A DNA stretch of 64,000 nucleotides from Halobacteriaceae archaeon (GCA_042216925.1 JBDGTJ010000012.1:1424-65423), one strand, 5' to 3'. Shown: positions 9,168-18,736, counted from the first letter of the stretch. Notes: generated by a model from the letters alone, not told the origin. A program made the numbers and translations.

Positions 9168-9887
9168 ATGCGGCGTCAGGACCAGCAGCAGGCCTACGAC
9201 CGCGGGAGCGCGATGTACTCGCCCGACGGGCGGATCTACCAGGTGGAGTACGCCCACGAGGCGGTCTCCCAGGGGGCGCCCAGCGTCGGTGTTCGGACCG
9301 CGGAGGGCGTCGTGTTGGCGGTTAGCCGTCGGGTGCGGTCTGACCTGCTCGTCGGGGAGAGTATCGAGAAGTTACACAAGATCGACGACCACGTCGGCAT
9401 CGCGACGACCGGTCACGTCGCCGACGGGCGGAAACTCGTGGAGTACGCACGACAACGCGCCCAACTCAGTCGCTTGCGGTTCGAGGAACCGATCACCGTC
9501 GAGGAGTTGACGAAGGCGCTCACCGACGAGATCCAGCAGTTCACCCAGACCGGTGGAACACGACCGTTCGGCGTCTCCTTGCTCGTGGCAGGGGTCGACG
9601 ACGGGACCCCCGCACTGTTCGAGGCCGACCCCAGCGGGAACCCGACCGCCTGGAGAGGGCGGGCGGTGGGCGAGGGAGCATCCGCCGCCCAGGAGTTCAT
9701 CGAGGACCGCTACGAGGAGGACCTCTCCCTGGATGACGGGGTGGCCCTGGCGCTCGACGCGTTGCGCGAAACCGGCCCCGACACGGCACTGTCCCCCGAT
9801 ACCGTCGGCGTCGCGACCGTCGGCGTCGAGGACGGGCGGTTCACTAGGTTGTCCGAGGACGCGGTCGCGGACTACCTCGGTGACTAA
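9168..9887 (+). CDS. psmA: Proteasome subunit alpha
   Basis: MRRQDQQQAYDRGSAMYSPDGRIYQVEYAHEAV... is the canonical 20S alpha-subunit N-terminus (YDRG..FSPDGRLYQVEYA). Confidence 0.95.
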   Translation: MRRQDQQQAYDRGSAMYSPDGRIYQVEYAHEAVSQGAPSVGVRTAEGVVLAVSRRVRSDLLVGESIEKLHKIDDHVGIATTGHVADGRKLVEYARQRAQLSRLRFEEPITVEELTKALTDEIQQFTQTGGTRPFGVSLLVAGVDDGTPALFEADPSGNPTAWRGRAVGEGASAAQEFIEDRYEEDLSLDDGVALALDALRETGPDTALSPDTVGVATVGVEDGRFTRLSEDAVADYLGD

Positions 9888-9933
9888 CGCGGGGAGGCAC
9901 ACCTTCAAGACGGCCGGAACGCTCCGAGGGGAC

Positions 9934-10512
9934 ATGGACTACTCGCTCTCGATCGCTGGCGCACCGGCGTCGGTCCCCGGCGGGACTGCGATCTTGTTGT
10001 TGCATCTGAGTACCGGAGCGACCGATCGGATCGACACGGAGTTCCTGAAAGACGATACGGATCGATTCCTCGTCGTCTCGACGAGGACAACGGCGCGTGA
10101 GGTGCGTCAGAAACTCGAACACTACGACGTCGATGAATCGAAGGCGGTAATCTTGGATGCGTTGAGCGTCGAACGAGGGTACTCCCGTCGAAGTGCTGAC
10201 AACATCCATTACGTCTCGGCGCCCGACGACGTCGATGGCATCCTCGCCCAGGTCGAACGGTTCCTCCAGACCACCTCGGGGAAACGGCGAATCAGCTTCG
10301 ATTCCATCACGGAGTTGGCCTACTACGCAGACGAGGACCGCGCCGTCACTGCGTTGTCCCGGCTGGCGGCGCTCCTCGCGGAGTACGACGCGATCGGAAT
10401 CTTCCACATCGACCAAGAAGTCCACGACCCGGGAACGGTCGAACGGTTCGCGGCGGAGGTTGACGGCGTGGTGGAACTCGCGGCTGATGGCAGCGTGACC
10501 GCGGAGTTCTGA
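9934..10512 (+). CDS. RecA/KaiC-fold-like protein lacking a Walker A motif (hypothetical)
   Basis: Internal ATG (MDYSLSIAGAPASVPGGTAILLLHLSTGATDRIDTEFL...). The layout resembles KaiC/RadB-like single-domain proteins (PGGTxxLL, FLVVST, ISFDSITEL), but GxxGxGKT is replaced by HLSTGATDR. Confidence 0.55.
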   Translation: MDYSLSIAGAPASVPGGTAILLLHLSTGATDRIDTEFLKDDTDRFLVVSTRTTAREVRQKLEHYDVDESKAVILDALSVERGYSRRSADNIHYVSAPDDVDGILAQVERFLQTTSGKRRISFDSITELAYYADEDRAVTALSRLAALLAEYDAIGIFHIDQEVHDPGTVERFAAEVDGVVELAADGSVTAEF

Positions 10513-10517
10513 GGGGA

Positions 10518-10610
10518 TCAGGCCGCGAGCGCGATGTTCGCGATCACGACTCCACCGAGGATGGCGGTCGCGGCGACGACCCCGAGGAGCACCTTCGTGG
10601 CTTCGCTCAT
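10518..10610 (-). CDS. Possible 30-aa single-TM micropeptide
   Basis: MSEATKVLLGVVAATAILGGVVIANIALAA, read from the internal ATG of ORF 10518..10763, just downstream of the MATE gene. The evidence is only an ORF with one hydrophobic helix. Confidence 0.25.
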   Translation of the reverse strand: MSEATKVLLGVVAATAILGGVVIANIALAA

Positions 10611-10656
10611 ACCGGATACAGGCGGGGCCCACCCATAAATCAGGGCGGTCCAGCGG

Positions 10657-12159
10657 TCAGTCCCCGGTTGACCCGGTGCCAGCAGCCGATTCCCGGGCGA
10701 TCTGTTGCCACTTCCCGGAAGCGAACCGGACGAGATTGATGATCGCACGCGCGTACATATCACCGAGGATAGCGGCGTAGATGGCGTACAGTCCCCATCC
10801 GACTCCCGGCGAGACGGAGTAGGGGCCGACCACGATGGCGAACCCGACCGGTAACGCCAGGAACGCGAGCGGCAACCGGATCAGATACGTGCCGATGATG
10901 CCACCGTAGAACGGCCACGAGGTGTCCCCTGCCCCGCGGAGACCGCCCCGCATGGTACGACTGACACTGAACGCGGCGACGCCGATGCCAAACAACCGGA
11001 TGAACGCGACCGTCAGTCCCACGGTGTCGGTCCCGAAGGCCCTGGCGATCGGGGTGGCGGCGACGAAGATCGCCCCGCCGATCAGGAGTTGGGTGACCAA
11101 CGCGATCCGCAGAGTCTGCCAGCCGTAATCGGTGGCCTCCTCGTCCCGACCGGCGCCGATGCTCTGCCCGACCAGCGTCGAGGAGGCCGTGGAGTACCCC
11201 CACGCGGGCATCAACGCAAGCAACATCACCCGGCGGGCGATCGCGTAGGCAGCGACGACCTCGGTCCCAAGTGCCGAGAGGACAAACAGGAACGGGAACC
11301 GGCCAGCCGTCCGGGTGAGTCGCGTGCCGGCCAGTGGCGTCCCGACGCGGACGATCTCCCCGACGATCTCCCGGTCCCACTGGCGACCACCGAGGTGTAA
11401 CTGTACGTCGCGGCGGCCGGTAACGAACAACCAGAAGAAGACCGTGCCGGCGAGTGTATTGGCGATGGCGGTCCCCCACGCGGCGCCGGCGATCCCGAGT
11501 GACGGGATGGGGCCGACACCGAAGATGAGGACGGCGTTTAAGATGATGTTCGTCGGCAAGGTCACGAGGCGGACGTACATCGGCGTCCGCGTGTCACCGG
11601 CCCCGGCCAGGGCCCTGGCGGCGGTCATGCTCCAGAACCGGAAGACGACCGAGAGCATGACGATGCGGAGATAGGTAGCGCCCTGGCGGACGGTCGTGGG
11701 GTTGTCCGTGAGTAACTCGATCAACGGGTCGGCGTACAGCCAGGTGAACGCCGTGATCGGGATGGACAGGGCGATCGAGAGATACAGTGACTGTTTGACG
11801 GCGAAGTCCGCCCGATCGTGGGCGCCTTCGCCTTTGAATCGGGAGACGACACTGATCGTGCCGCTGGTCAACGCCAACGCCAGGCCGAACGGGATGAAAT
11901 AGTACTGGAACCCGAACTCGAGGGCCGCGACGGCCGAGGACCCCAGGGCCAGGGACACCATGAAGAAGTCGGCGGTGCGGAGGATGGTGCGGAGGCCGCC
12001 CGTGACCATCGCCGGGACCGCCAGGTCGAAGGCCTCCTCGCCTTTCTCCCGGTCGAGGAGGCCCAGCCTCGCGAGGGCTGCGGGGAATGTGAACAGGAGG
12101 GTGTTGATCCGCTCGCGGGCGGCCTCAAACATCATCCGGGGGTCTGACCCCCACGGCAA
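10657..12159 (-). CDS. MATE family efflux transporter
   Basis: 500 aa with 12 TM helices and a duplicated MatE domain pattern (GAGDTRTPMY, ALMPAWGYSTASSTLVGQSIGAG). Confidence 0.9.
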   Translation of the reverse strand: MPWGSDPRMMFEAARERINTLLFTFPAALARLGLLDREKGEEAFDLAVPAMVTGGLRTILRTADFFMVSLALGSSAVAALEFGFQYYFIPFGLALALTSGTISVVSRFKGEGAHDRADFAVKQSLYLSIALSIPITAFTWLYADPLIELLTDNPTTVRQGATYLRIVMLSVVFRFWSMTAARALAGAGDTRTPMYVRLVTLPTNIILNAVLIFGVGPIPSLGIAGAAWGTAIANTLAGTVFFWLFVTGRRDVQLHLGGRQWDREIVGEIVRVGTPLAGTRLTRTAGRFPFLFVLSALGTEVVAAYAIARRVMLLALMPAWGYSTASSTLVGQSIGAGRDEEATDYGWQTLRIALVTQLLIGGAIFVAATPIARAFGTDTVGLTVAFIRLFGIGVAAFSVSRTMRGGLRGAGDTSWPFYGGIIGTYLIRLPLAFLALPVGFAIVVGPYSVSPGVGWGLYAIYAAILGDMYARAIINLVRFASGKWQQIARESAAGTGSTGD

Positions 12160-12193
12160 AGGCCGTTCGGTCGCCGGTCGACGTTGCCGCGGG

Positions 12194-12814
12194 TCAGGCC
12201 TCGTCGTGCCAGGCGTCCGGGACCTCGATGACGTACCGACCGTTCTCTTGGAGGGCGATGATGTACTCCTCCCGGTCGTACAGTTCCATGAGGTTGAGTT
12301 CGTACTGCCCGGGTTCGACGATGCGGATGGACTCGAACTGATCGTTTAACTCCTCCCGGAGTTCCGCGAGGTCCGGTTGTCGGCCGCTGGGCCGGTCAAC
12401 CACCTCGCCGTTGTCTGGTTCGGGGAGGTCAGCCGTGTCGACCACCTCGGACCGAGCGGCGCGTTGGGCGTCGTCCTCGACGGTGGGCACTGTGGATTCC
12501 TCGTCGACGCCCGGTGACGGCTCCGGTGGGTCCCGACCGGGCGTTGGTTCGGCGTTTTCTGTAGCCGTCGCCTCTGGACCGGGTGGGGACTCGGAGCCGG
12601 TCCCGACGAGATCTTTGACGGTGCGGGTGGCCTTCCCGACCGTCCCGGAGACACCGGGGTCTGTTGGTTCAGGTGGCTCCTCCTCTGGAGGTTCATCGGG
12701 GACCTCACCGGGGAAGTACTGGAACTTATTCCCGCCACAGTCGGGACACCCCGACAGCATATCGGTCGAGCCATCGGGGAAACTGTGACCACACTCGGTG
12801 CACTGATGGGGCAT
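12194..12814 (-). CDS. oapC: Origin-associated Zn-ribbon protein (OapC-like)
   Basis: The N-terminus is MPHQCTECGHSF...GCPDCGG, a 4-Cys Zn ribbon, followed by a long Pro/Glu-rich linker and a conserved C-terminal domain. It is the last gene of the three-gene operon next to orc1, as described for Halobacterium/Haloferax oriC1. Confidence 0.8.
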   Translation of the reverse strand: MPHQCTECGHSFPDGSTDMLSGCPDCGGNKFQYFPGEVPDEPPEEEPPEPTDPGVSGTVGKATRTVKDLVGTGSESPPGPEATATENAEPTPGRDPPEPSPGVDEESTVPTVEDDAQRAARSEVVDTADLPEPDNGEVVDRPSGRQPDLAELREELNDQFESIRIVEPGQYELNLMELYDREEYIIALQENGRYVIEVPDAWHDEA

Positions 12815-13194
12815 TATCGCCGGGACACGAGAGCGCTGATCAGGGTTTCGTCCTTGTGCAACGACTCGATCTGATTGGCGGGCCCGATTACGGTGAGTTT
12901 CGACGTCTGCTCCCGACCCATGATCCGATCGAGCAGACTCCCGTTCGATGTCTGTGATTGCGGGAAGCTCTCGATCTCGATCCCGGAGAAATCGTCTGGA
13001 TTGATCTCGGTCATCGTCACCTCGATCAACCGGGATTCCTCGTCGGGCGTCAACCCTTCTTCGAGGATGACGATCTTCCCCTCGTGGACTCCGTCCAGGA
13101 TCATCCGGATCTTCTCCATGGAGGTCTTCTCCTCCATCCGCTCCCCGCTGATGAGGTCGATTTGGACGCCGTCGGCGTGTTCTATCTCCGGCAT
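12814..13194 (-). CDS. oapB: Origin-associated DUF2073 protein (OapB-like)
   Basis: 126 aa (MPEIEHADGVQIDLISGERMEEKTSMEKIRMILDGVHEGKIVILEEGLTPDEE...). Its stop overlaps the oapC start by 1 nt (TAATG). Confidence 0.8.
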   Translation of the reverse strand: MPEIEHADGVQIDLISGERMEEKTSMEKIRMILDGVHEGKIVILEEGLTPDEESRLIEVTMTEINPDDFSGIEIESFPQSQTSNGSLLDRIMGREQTSKLTVIGPANQIESLHKDETLISALVSRR

Positions 13195-13198
13195 CGTT

Positions 13199-13846
13199 TC
13201 ACCCGAAGTACTCCGCGATCTGATCGTAGACTTCGTCCATGTTATCCCCCTCCAGGGCGGACAGCTCGGTCGTCTCGTGCTGTGGGAAGGCGTCCTCGAT
13301 CCGTTTCTTATTCGATTCGGGGAGGTCGATCTTGTTCGCGAGGATGAGGACGGGAAGATCGCGACTCTCGATGATGCCGATGAGCATCGTGTTCACCTGC
13401 GTAAACGGATCTTCCGTCGAGTCAAGGACGTAGATGACGCCATCGACATCCTCGCGCAACCAGTGCATCGCCTCGGCGACGCCTTCGGTGGCTTCCCGGG
13501 ACCGACGAATGGCTTCGTCCTCTTCCATGTCGTGTTCCAGGAAGTCCTCGTAATCGACCTTCGTGGCCACGCCGGGCGTGTCGACGATATCGATGTGTAC
13601 GCTGGTTCCGTTGCGTTCGATTTCGACGTTCTCCTTCCGCCGGGCTCGCCGGGTCTCGTGGGGAATGTGGCTCTCGGGGCCGACCGCATCCCCAGTCCAG
13701 TCCCGAGCGATCCGGTTCGCGAGGGTGGTTTTCCCCGCGTTCGGCGGGCCGTAGATGCCGATACGTTTGGGTTCGGCGTCCCCGTTGGCGAACAGTTTGT
13801 CCGTGACCCGGGTGATACTGTCCCGGAGACCTGTGAGCAGACCCAT
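13199..13846 (-). CDS. oapA: Origin-associated small GTPase (OapA-like, Era/SR-beta-like)
   Basis: Internal ATG (MGLLTGLRDSITRV...). G1 is GPPNAGKTT, G3 is DTPG and G4 is NKID. It is the first gene of the operon diverging from the origin spacer. Confidence 0.85.
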   Translation of the reverse strand: MGLLTGLRDSITRVTDKLFANGDAEPKRIGIYGPPNAGKTTLANRIARDWTGDAVGPESHIPHETRRARRKENVEIERNGTSVHIDIVDTPGVATKVDYEDFLEHDMEEDEAIRRSREATEGVAEAMHWLREDVDGVIYVLDSTEDPFTQVNTMLIGIIESRDLPVLILANKIDLPESNKKRIEDAFPQHETTELSALEGDNMDEVYDQIAEYFG

Positions 13847-14116
13847 TCTCTTTTCCCCCGGTAGCTTTGCCAGGTGTGTTGTGGCTGGCGACGCTTCGGG
13901 CGTACCGTGTCTGGGCGTCCTCCGGAACCTTAACCGTTCGCCCGATGAACCCGCCGCTGTCATGCGGTTGTGTGACGTGCGTCAGACATCAGCTCCGTGA
14001 AAACCACCAGTTGGTACGTGCCGAATGACGCGTTGGTGCGCGAGATCGTCCCCTTGGGTTTCCCAATAGACCCGAGTTTGAGACCAGTGAGACAGACCAC
14101 CGAGCCATCCCAACAA

Positions 14117-14146
14117 CCCACCCCAACCCCTCCGTTTCAAGTGGAG
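14117..14146 (-). repeat. Origin recognition box ORB1 (inverted orientation)
   Basis: The reverse complement reads CTCCACTTGAAACGGAGGGGTTGGGGTGGG. This matches the ORB core (TCCA..TGAAAC) plus the halophile G-string. Confidence 0.8.
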
Positions 14147-14260
14147 GGGATCCGGTGGCAACTCGATACGCAGAGATGCATCTACTCACCAACACTAGAA
14201 CCGCGGGACCCGGGAGAAAAACGCGTTTTCGCTTTACTGCGGAGCGAGTTTCTACCCCGA

Positions 14261-14293
14261 GACAATAAACATTGTCATTCAAGAATAGCTGTT
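14261..14293. other. AT-rich putative duplex unwinding element
   Basis: gacaataaacattgtcattcaagaatagctgtt has 10 G/C in 33 nt in an otherwise GC-rich region. It contains the perfect palindrome GACAAT-AAAC-ATTGTC and lies between the oppositely oriented ORB1 and ORB2. Confidence 0.55.
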
Positions 14294-14314
14294 CGTGGGG
14301 GTGGCCGTGTCGGT

Positions 14315-14344
14315 CTCCACCTGAAATGAAGGGGTGTGGGGGTG
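14315..14344 (+). repeat. Origin recognition box ORB2
   Basis: CTCCACCTGAAATGAAGGGGTGTGGGGGTG. The G-string contains a tandem GGGGTGTG GGGGTGTG. Confidence 0.8.
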
Positions 14345-14503
14345 TGGGTCTACCGACGATCTCGTTCGTGATTCCGATAGCTTTATGGGATGCACGAAAC
14401 CAGGCTTTCTACTGCATCCCGAACGACCCTCGACACGATCCAGACTGCGGAGAACGGCCGTAGACGGCTCGTTCCAACCGTTTTCTGGACTGCGGGGTGG
14501 AAA

Positions 14504-14533
14504 CTCCAGGTGAAACGAGGGGGTGGGTCCGGG
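14504..14533 (+). repeat. Origin recognition box ORB3
   Basis: CTCCAGGTGAAACGAGGGGGTGGGTCCGGG. It ends 19 nt upstream of the orc1 ATG. Confidence 0.8.
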
Positions 14534-14551
14534 TCGTTGGAGCGCCACGCT

Positions 14552-16030
14552 ATGTCAGAGGATGATATCAGTTCGACGGGGGCTGCGGGGGCAGCAGACC
14601 GTGGGTTCGAGGTGGACCTCGAGGACGTCCTCGAGGAAGACAGCGACGACGGGTTATTCGACGACCTCCTCAGCGGCGACCCCATCTTCGAAAACAAGGA
14701 GGTCCTCCGCCCCTCCTACACCCCACAAGATCTCCCACACCGGTCCGATCAGATCAACCGCATGGCGACGATCCTCGTCGCGGCCCTCCGCGGCGAGACC
14801 CCATCGAACATCCTCATCTACGGGAAGACGGGCACCGGCAAGACAGCGAGCGCGAAGTACGTCAGTCAGGAACTCGAACGCACCAGCCAGAAGTACGAGG
14901 TACCCTGCGAAGTCGAGTACATCAACTGTGAGGTGACCGACACCCAGTACCGCGTCCTGGCCCAACTCGCGAACACCTTCATCGAGCAGGACCGCACCTG
15001 GGCGACCGAGGAGATCGAGGACCTCGAAGGGCGACTCGCAGACCCCGACCCGGATCTCGAGGAAACGCCCTACGAGACCCCAGCCGAGGCCAACGCACGC
15101 ATCCAGGACCTCGAGACCGACCTCGAGGAAATGGAGGAGGTACCGATGACCGGATGGCCAACTGACCGGGTCTACGAGGCGTTTTTCGAGGCCGTCGATT
15201 ACCAGGAACGGGTCGCAGTGATCATGCTCGACGAGATCGACAAACTCGTCGAAAAATCCGGGGACGACACGCTGTACAACCTCTCGCGGATGAACTCCGA
15301 ACTCGAGAACTCCCGCGTGTCAATCATCGGGATTTCGAACGATCTCAAGTTCACCGACTTCCTCGACCCGCGGGTGAAATCCAGTCTCGGCGAAGAGGAG
15401 ATCGTCTTCCCACCATACGACGCCAACCAGCTGCGGGACATCCTCGAACACCGGGCTGACACCGCGTTCAAGCCCGACGCACTCTCCGGGGATGTCATCC
15501 CGTTGTGTGCTGCCTTCGCCGCCCAGGAACACGGGGACGCCCGTCGGGCCCTGGACCTGTTACGGACCGCCGGGGAAATCGCCGAACGGGATCAGACCGA
15601 CGGCGTCACAGAAGAACACGTTCGGATGGCCCAAGACAAGATCGAACTCGATCGGGTCGTCGAAGTAGTGCGGACCCTACCCACCCAGTCGAAACTCGTC
15701 CTCTACGCCATCATCCTGCTCGAACAACACGGCGTCCACTCCATCAACACGGGCGAGGTGTACAACATCTACAAGCGGTTATGCGAGGAGATCGACGCCG
15801 ACGTCCTAACCCAACGTCGGGTCACCGACCTCATCAGTGAACTCGACATGCTCGGCATCGTCAATGCCGTCGTCGTCTCGAAGGGGCGGTACGGCCGCAC
15901 CAAGGAAATCAGTCTCTCCGTCCCCGTCGAGGAGACCCGGACCGTCCTCACCGCCGACAGTCGATTAGGCGAGATCGACGACGTCCAACCGTTCGTCCAG
16001 TCCCGCTTCGAGGACCCCACCGACTCGTAG
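14552..16030 (+). CDS. orc1: Orc1/Cdc6 replication initiator
   Basis: Internal ATG (MSEDDISSTGAAG...). It has the AAA+ Walker A GKTGTGKTA, Walker B MLDEID and a C-terminal winged helix. A haloarchaea-typical acidic insertion lies between Walker A and Walker B. Confidence 0.95.
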   Translation: MSEDDISSTGAAGAADRGFEVDLEDVLEEDSDDGLFDDLLSGDPIFENKEVLRPSYTPQDLPHRSDQINRMATILVAALRGETPSNILIYGKTGTGKTASAKYVSQELERTSQKYEVPCEVEYINCEVTDTQYRVLAQLANTFIEQDRTWATEEIEDLEGRLADPDPDLEETPYETPAEANARIQDLETDLEEMEEVPMTGWPTDRVYEAFFEAVDYQERVAVIMLDEIDKLVEKSGDDTLYNLSRMNSELENSRVSIIGISNDLKFTDFLDPRVKSSLGEEEIVFPPYDANQLRDILEHRADTAFKPDALSGDVIPLCAAFAAQEHGDARRALDLLRTAGEIAERDQTDGVTEEHVRMAQDKIELDRVVEVVRTLPTQSKLVLYAIILLEQHGVHSINTGEVYNIYKRLCEEIDADVLTQRRVTDLISELDMLGIVNAVVVSKGRYGRTKEISLSVPVEETRTVLTADSRLGEIDDVQPFVQSRFEDPTDS

Positions 16031-16039
16031 GGGACCGCC

Positions 16040-17773
16040 TCAGAGGCGGCGAGCCAACGTTTCGGCTCGTCGTTCCCCGATTCCCTCGACCGACATCAAC
16101 TCCGTTTCCGAGACGTTCCGAACCCCCTCGACACTGCCAAACCGACGGAGCAGTCGCCGCCGCAATGCCGGCCCGACACCGGAGACGGAGTCGAGAGCGG
16201 TCGAGACATCATCCCGGACCGTTTGATGGTACTGGACGGCGAACCGGTGGGCCTCGTCACGGGCGCGTTGCAACACGTGGAGTTGTGGGGCATCCTGTGG
16301 CCAGTCGAACCGCGAATCAGGCGTGTAGACGACCTCCTCGTCTTTTGCCAACGCGAGGACAGGGACCGACCACCCCTCCGCGTCGAGGACCTCCCGAGCC
16401 GCTCCCAGCTGGGGCCGGCCACCGTCGATAACCAACAGGTCCGGATCGGGGCGATCGTCTCGCCCCTCGAGTGCCCGCTTGGCCCGCCACTGTACGAGCG
16501 CTCGCATGCGTGCGACATCGTCGTTGCCCTCTGTCAGTTTTTTCCGCCGGTAGTCGTCGGTCTCGGGCGCGCCATCGACGAGTGTGACATCACTCCCGAC
16601 GACAGCTGTGCCCTGGGCGTGACTGACGTCCAGTGCCTCGATACGCTCCGGACGGTCGATGCCGAGGGCACTCGCCAACGCCCCCAGTTCATCACGTTTC
16701 GCCGGCCGACGCGACGCGTTCTTCAACGCCAGATCGACGAGACGAGCCTCCCGTCCCGCTCCAGGAACCCGGACTGCCACGCCTTCGTCTTCGAGCCACT
16801 GTTCGACCTCCGGGTCACCGATCGGTTCCTGGAGGACGACCGCGTCCGGCAACGACCGCTCGGCGTAGTACTGGGTGAGGAACGCCGACAGCACGGCCGC
16901 AACCGACTGCTCCTCGGCCGGAATCGAGACGGCGTGGCGACTCCGATCGACCAGTTGTCCGCCATCGCTGTGGAGCCGAGCAACCGTCGCGTCCTCTCCA
17001 TCGATGGCAACACCGAGGACATCGACGGCCTCGGTCCCGGACTCATCGGCGACCACCGCCGCACGGCCACCATGGAACTGTTCGACCGCCCTGACCCGGT
17101 CCCGCAGATTCGCCGCCCGCTCGAACGCCTGGGCCGACGCGGCCTCGTCCATCGCCGTCTCCAACGGGTCGAGCAACACCCCGGCATCACCGGTGAAGAA
17201 CCGTTCGACGGCCGCCACGTCCTCGATATACGCGTCCGCACCAATCTCACCGGTACACGGCGCCGAACACAACCCCATCTCGTAATCGAGACACGGCCGG
17301 TCCCGACCCCGGAACTTGTGGTCCGAACACCCACGGACACCGAACACCTCCCGGATGGCCTTCACGACGGTCTCGACCCGACCGACGTCGGTGTAGGGCC
17401 CGAACACCTGGCCACCGTCCGCCGGATCGCGCGTGACGACGATCCGGGGAAACTCGTGGTCGGTCAACTGGACCAGCGGATAGGACTTATCGTCTTTCAA
17501 CCGGACGTTGTACCGGGGTTGATGGCGCTTGATCAGATTTGCCTCGAGTAACAACGCCTGGGTCTCGGTATCGGTGACCGATACCTCGACGTCGGTGGCA
17601 TGCGATCGCATCCGGGCGATCCGCTCGGACCGCGGGTCGGCATACGATCTGATCCGGTCCCGGAGCTCGAGGGCCTTCCCGATGTAGAGGACCTCGTCAC
17701 CGTCGATGAACTGGTAGACCCCGGGGTCCCGTGGCAGATCAGCTGCCGCCGACCGGACAGCCGCCGCATCCAT
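16040..17773 (-). CDS. uvrC: Excinuclease ABC subunit C
   Basis: 577 aa. It has an N-terminal GIY-YIG domain ([17 protein letters not shown]), a UVR domain, an endonuclease V-like domain and a C-terminal (HhH)2 ([20 protein letters not shown]). Confidence 0.95.
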   Translation of the reverse strand: MDAAAVRSAAADLPRDPGVYQFIDGDEVLYIGKALELRDRIRSYADPRSERIARMRSHATDVEVSVTDTETQALLLEANLIKRHQPRYNVRLKDDKSYPLVQLTDHEFPRIVVTRDPADGGQVFGPYTDVGRVETVVKAIREVFGVRGCSDHKFRGRDRPCLDYEMGLCSAPCTGEIGADAYIEDVAAVERFFTGDAGVLLDPLETAMDEAASAQAFERAANLRDRVRAVEQFHGGRAAVVADESGTEAVDVLGVAIDGEDATVARLHSDGGQLVDRSRHAVSIPAEEQSVAAVLSAFLTQYYAERSLPDAVVLQEPIGDPEVEQWLEDEGVAVRVPGAGREARLVDLALKNASRRPAKRDELGALASALGIDRPERIEALDVSHAQGTAVVGSDVTLVDGAPETDDYRRKKLTEGNDDVARMRALVQWRAKRALEGRDDRPDPDLLVIDGGRPQLGAAREVLDAEGWSVPVLALAKDEEVVYTPDSRFDWPQDAPQLHVLQRARDEAHRFAVQYHQTVRDDVSTALDSVSGVGPALRRRLLRRFGSVEGVRNVSETELMSVEGIGERRAETLARRL

Positions 17774-17909
17774 CGCTTGGACCCAGGGCCGCCGGCGGCT
17801 TGAACGCGTTGCCTTCCCACTGCGAGGGCATCCCGGGGATGGTCAGACCGTTTATCCCGATCGGGGTTCCACCCTGGCGTGTGTCCACGACCGTCGGGAG
17901 GCGCCGGCT

Positions 17910-18680
17910 ATGAGCTGGTCCGTGATCGCCCGGAAAGACACGCGGGACGCGGTCCGGGATGGGACCTTCCAGTGGAACACGCTGTTCCTCGCGTTGGTGA
18001 CCGGGGCGACCGGGTATCTGCACAGTACGACCGGTGGCACCGCCGGGCTAACCACCGATCTCTCCGTCGTGATGACCGCAGTCGTACCGTTCGCCGCGGT
18101 GCTCGTCGCCCACGAATCGATCGCCTTCGAACGGGCGACCGGCCGCATCCGCACGACGCTGGCGTTACCCCACACGCGACGTGACGTACTCATCGGATAT
18201 GCACTCGGTCGCGTGACCGTCCTCGTGGCCACGGTCGGCATCGCGCTGGTCGTCGCAGCAGCCACGACTCTCCTGTTCGGCGGCACCATTGCCATCCGAC
18301 CGTTCCTGGGGTTTGCCGTTGCGACAGTGGCAGTGGGGGCGGCCTTCGCCGTGATCGCCGTTGCGCTCTCTGCAATGACACGGTCGACGACCCGCTCCCT
18401 CATCGCTGGCGGTACGGTCGTGACCGCGTCCCTGGGGTGGCCGGCTCTCCTCGCTGCCGGGTGGTCGACGATCGTCGGCGGGTCGATGCCACCGTGGCTT
18501 CACGTACTCGGCGGATGGGATCCGATCCGTGCCTACGCAAAGACCGCGGTCCTGTTCGCCGGCACCGACCTGGGGAGCCTCGGCAGCGATCCCTCCCTGA
18601 TCGGGCCCGCCCTCCTGGCGGCGTGGCCGGCATTGTTCGCGGTCATCGGAATCATCCGATTCACCGCCGTCGACCTCTGA
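17910..18680 (+). CDS. ABC-2 type transporter permease
   Basis: 256 aa with six TM helices. The N-terminus MSWSVIARKDTRDAVRDG is paralogous to the permease at 19666. Confidence 0.8.
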   Translation: MSWSVIARKDTRDAVRDGTFQWNTLFLALVTGATGYLHSTTGGTAGLTTDLSVVMTAVVPFAAVLVAHESIAFERATGRIRTTLALPHTRRDVLIGYALGRVTVLVATVGIALVVAAATTLLFGGTIAIRPFLGFAVATVAVGAAFAVIAVALSAMTRSTTRSLIAGGTVVTASLGWPALLAAGWSTIVGGSMPPWLHVLGGWDPIRAYAKTAVLFAGTDLGSLGSDPSLIGPALLAAWPALFAVIGIIRFTAVDL

Positions 18681-18736
18681 CACGCGCAGGCCCGACTCAC
18701 AGTTTTTATGCCATCTGGCCGTGTCGCGAAAGTGTA

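Larger units (their letters stand above)
13847..14551. other. Chromosomal replication origin (oriC, orc1-associated)
   Basis: A 705-bp non-coding spacer between the divergent oapA and orc1 genes. It contains three 30-nt ORB repeats with G-strings and a stretch of about 30% GC. The synteny matches the oapABC-oriC1-orc1 arrangement of other haloarchaea. Confidence 0.8.

Noticed and set aside
16223-17551. A 442-aa plus-strand ORF antisense to uvrC.
   Set aside because: It is an antisense shadow ORF, and uvrC motifs (GIY-YIG, HhH) are unambiguous on the minus strand. The same reasoning applies to 62018..63274 and 60773..61960 (antisense to alaS) and to 62929..63960 (antisense to the GST-like gene). 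It also applies to 29884..31302 (antisense to sufS), 25124..26320 (antisense to the MFS gene, same strand as thrC), 34568..35530 and 37129..38154.
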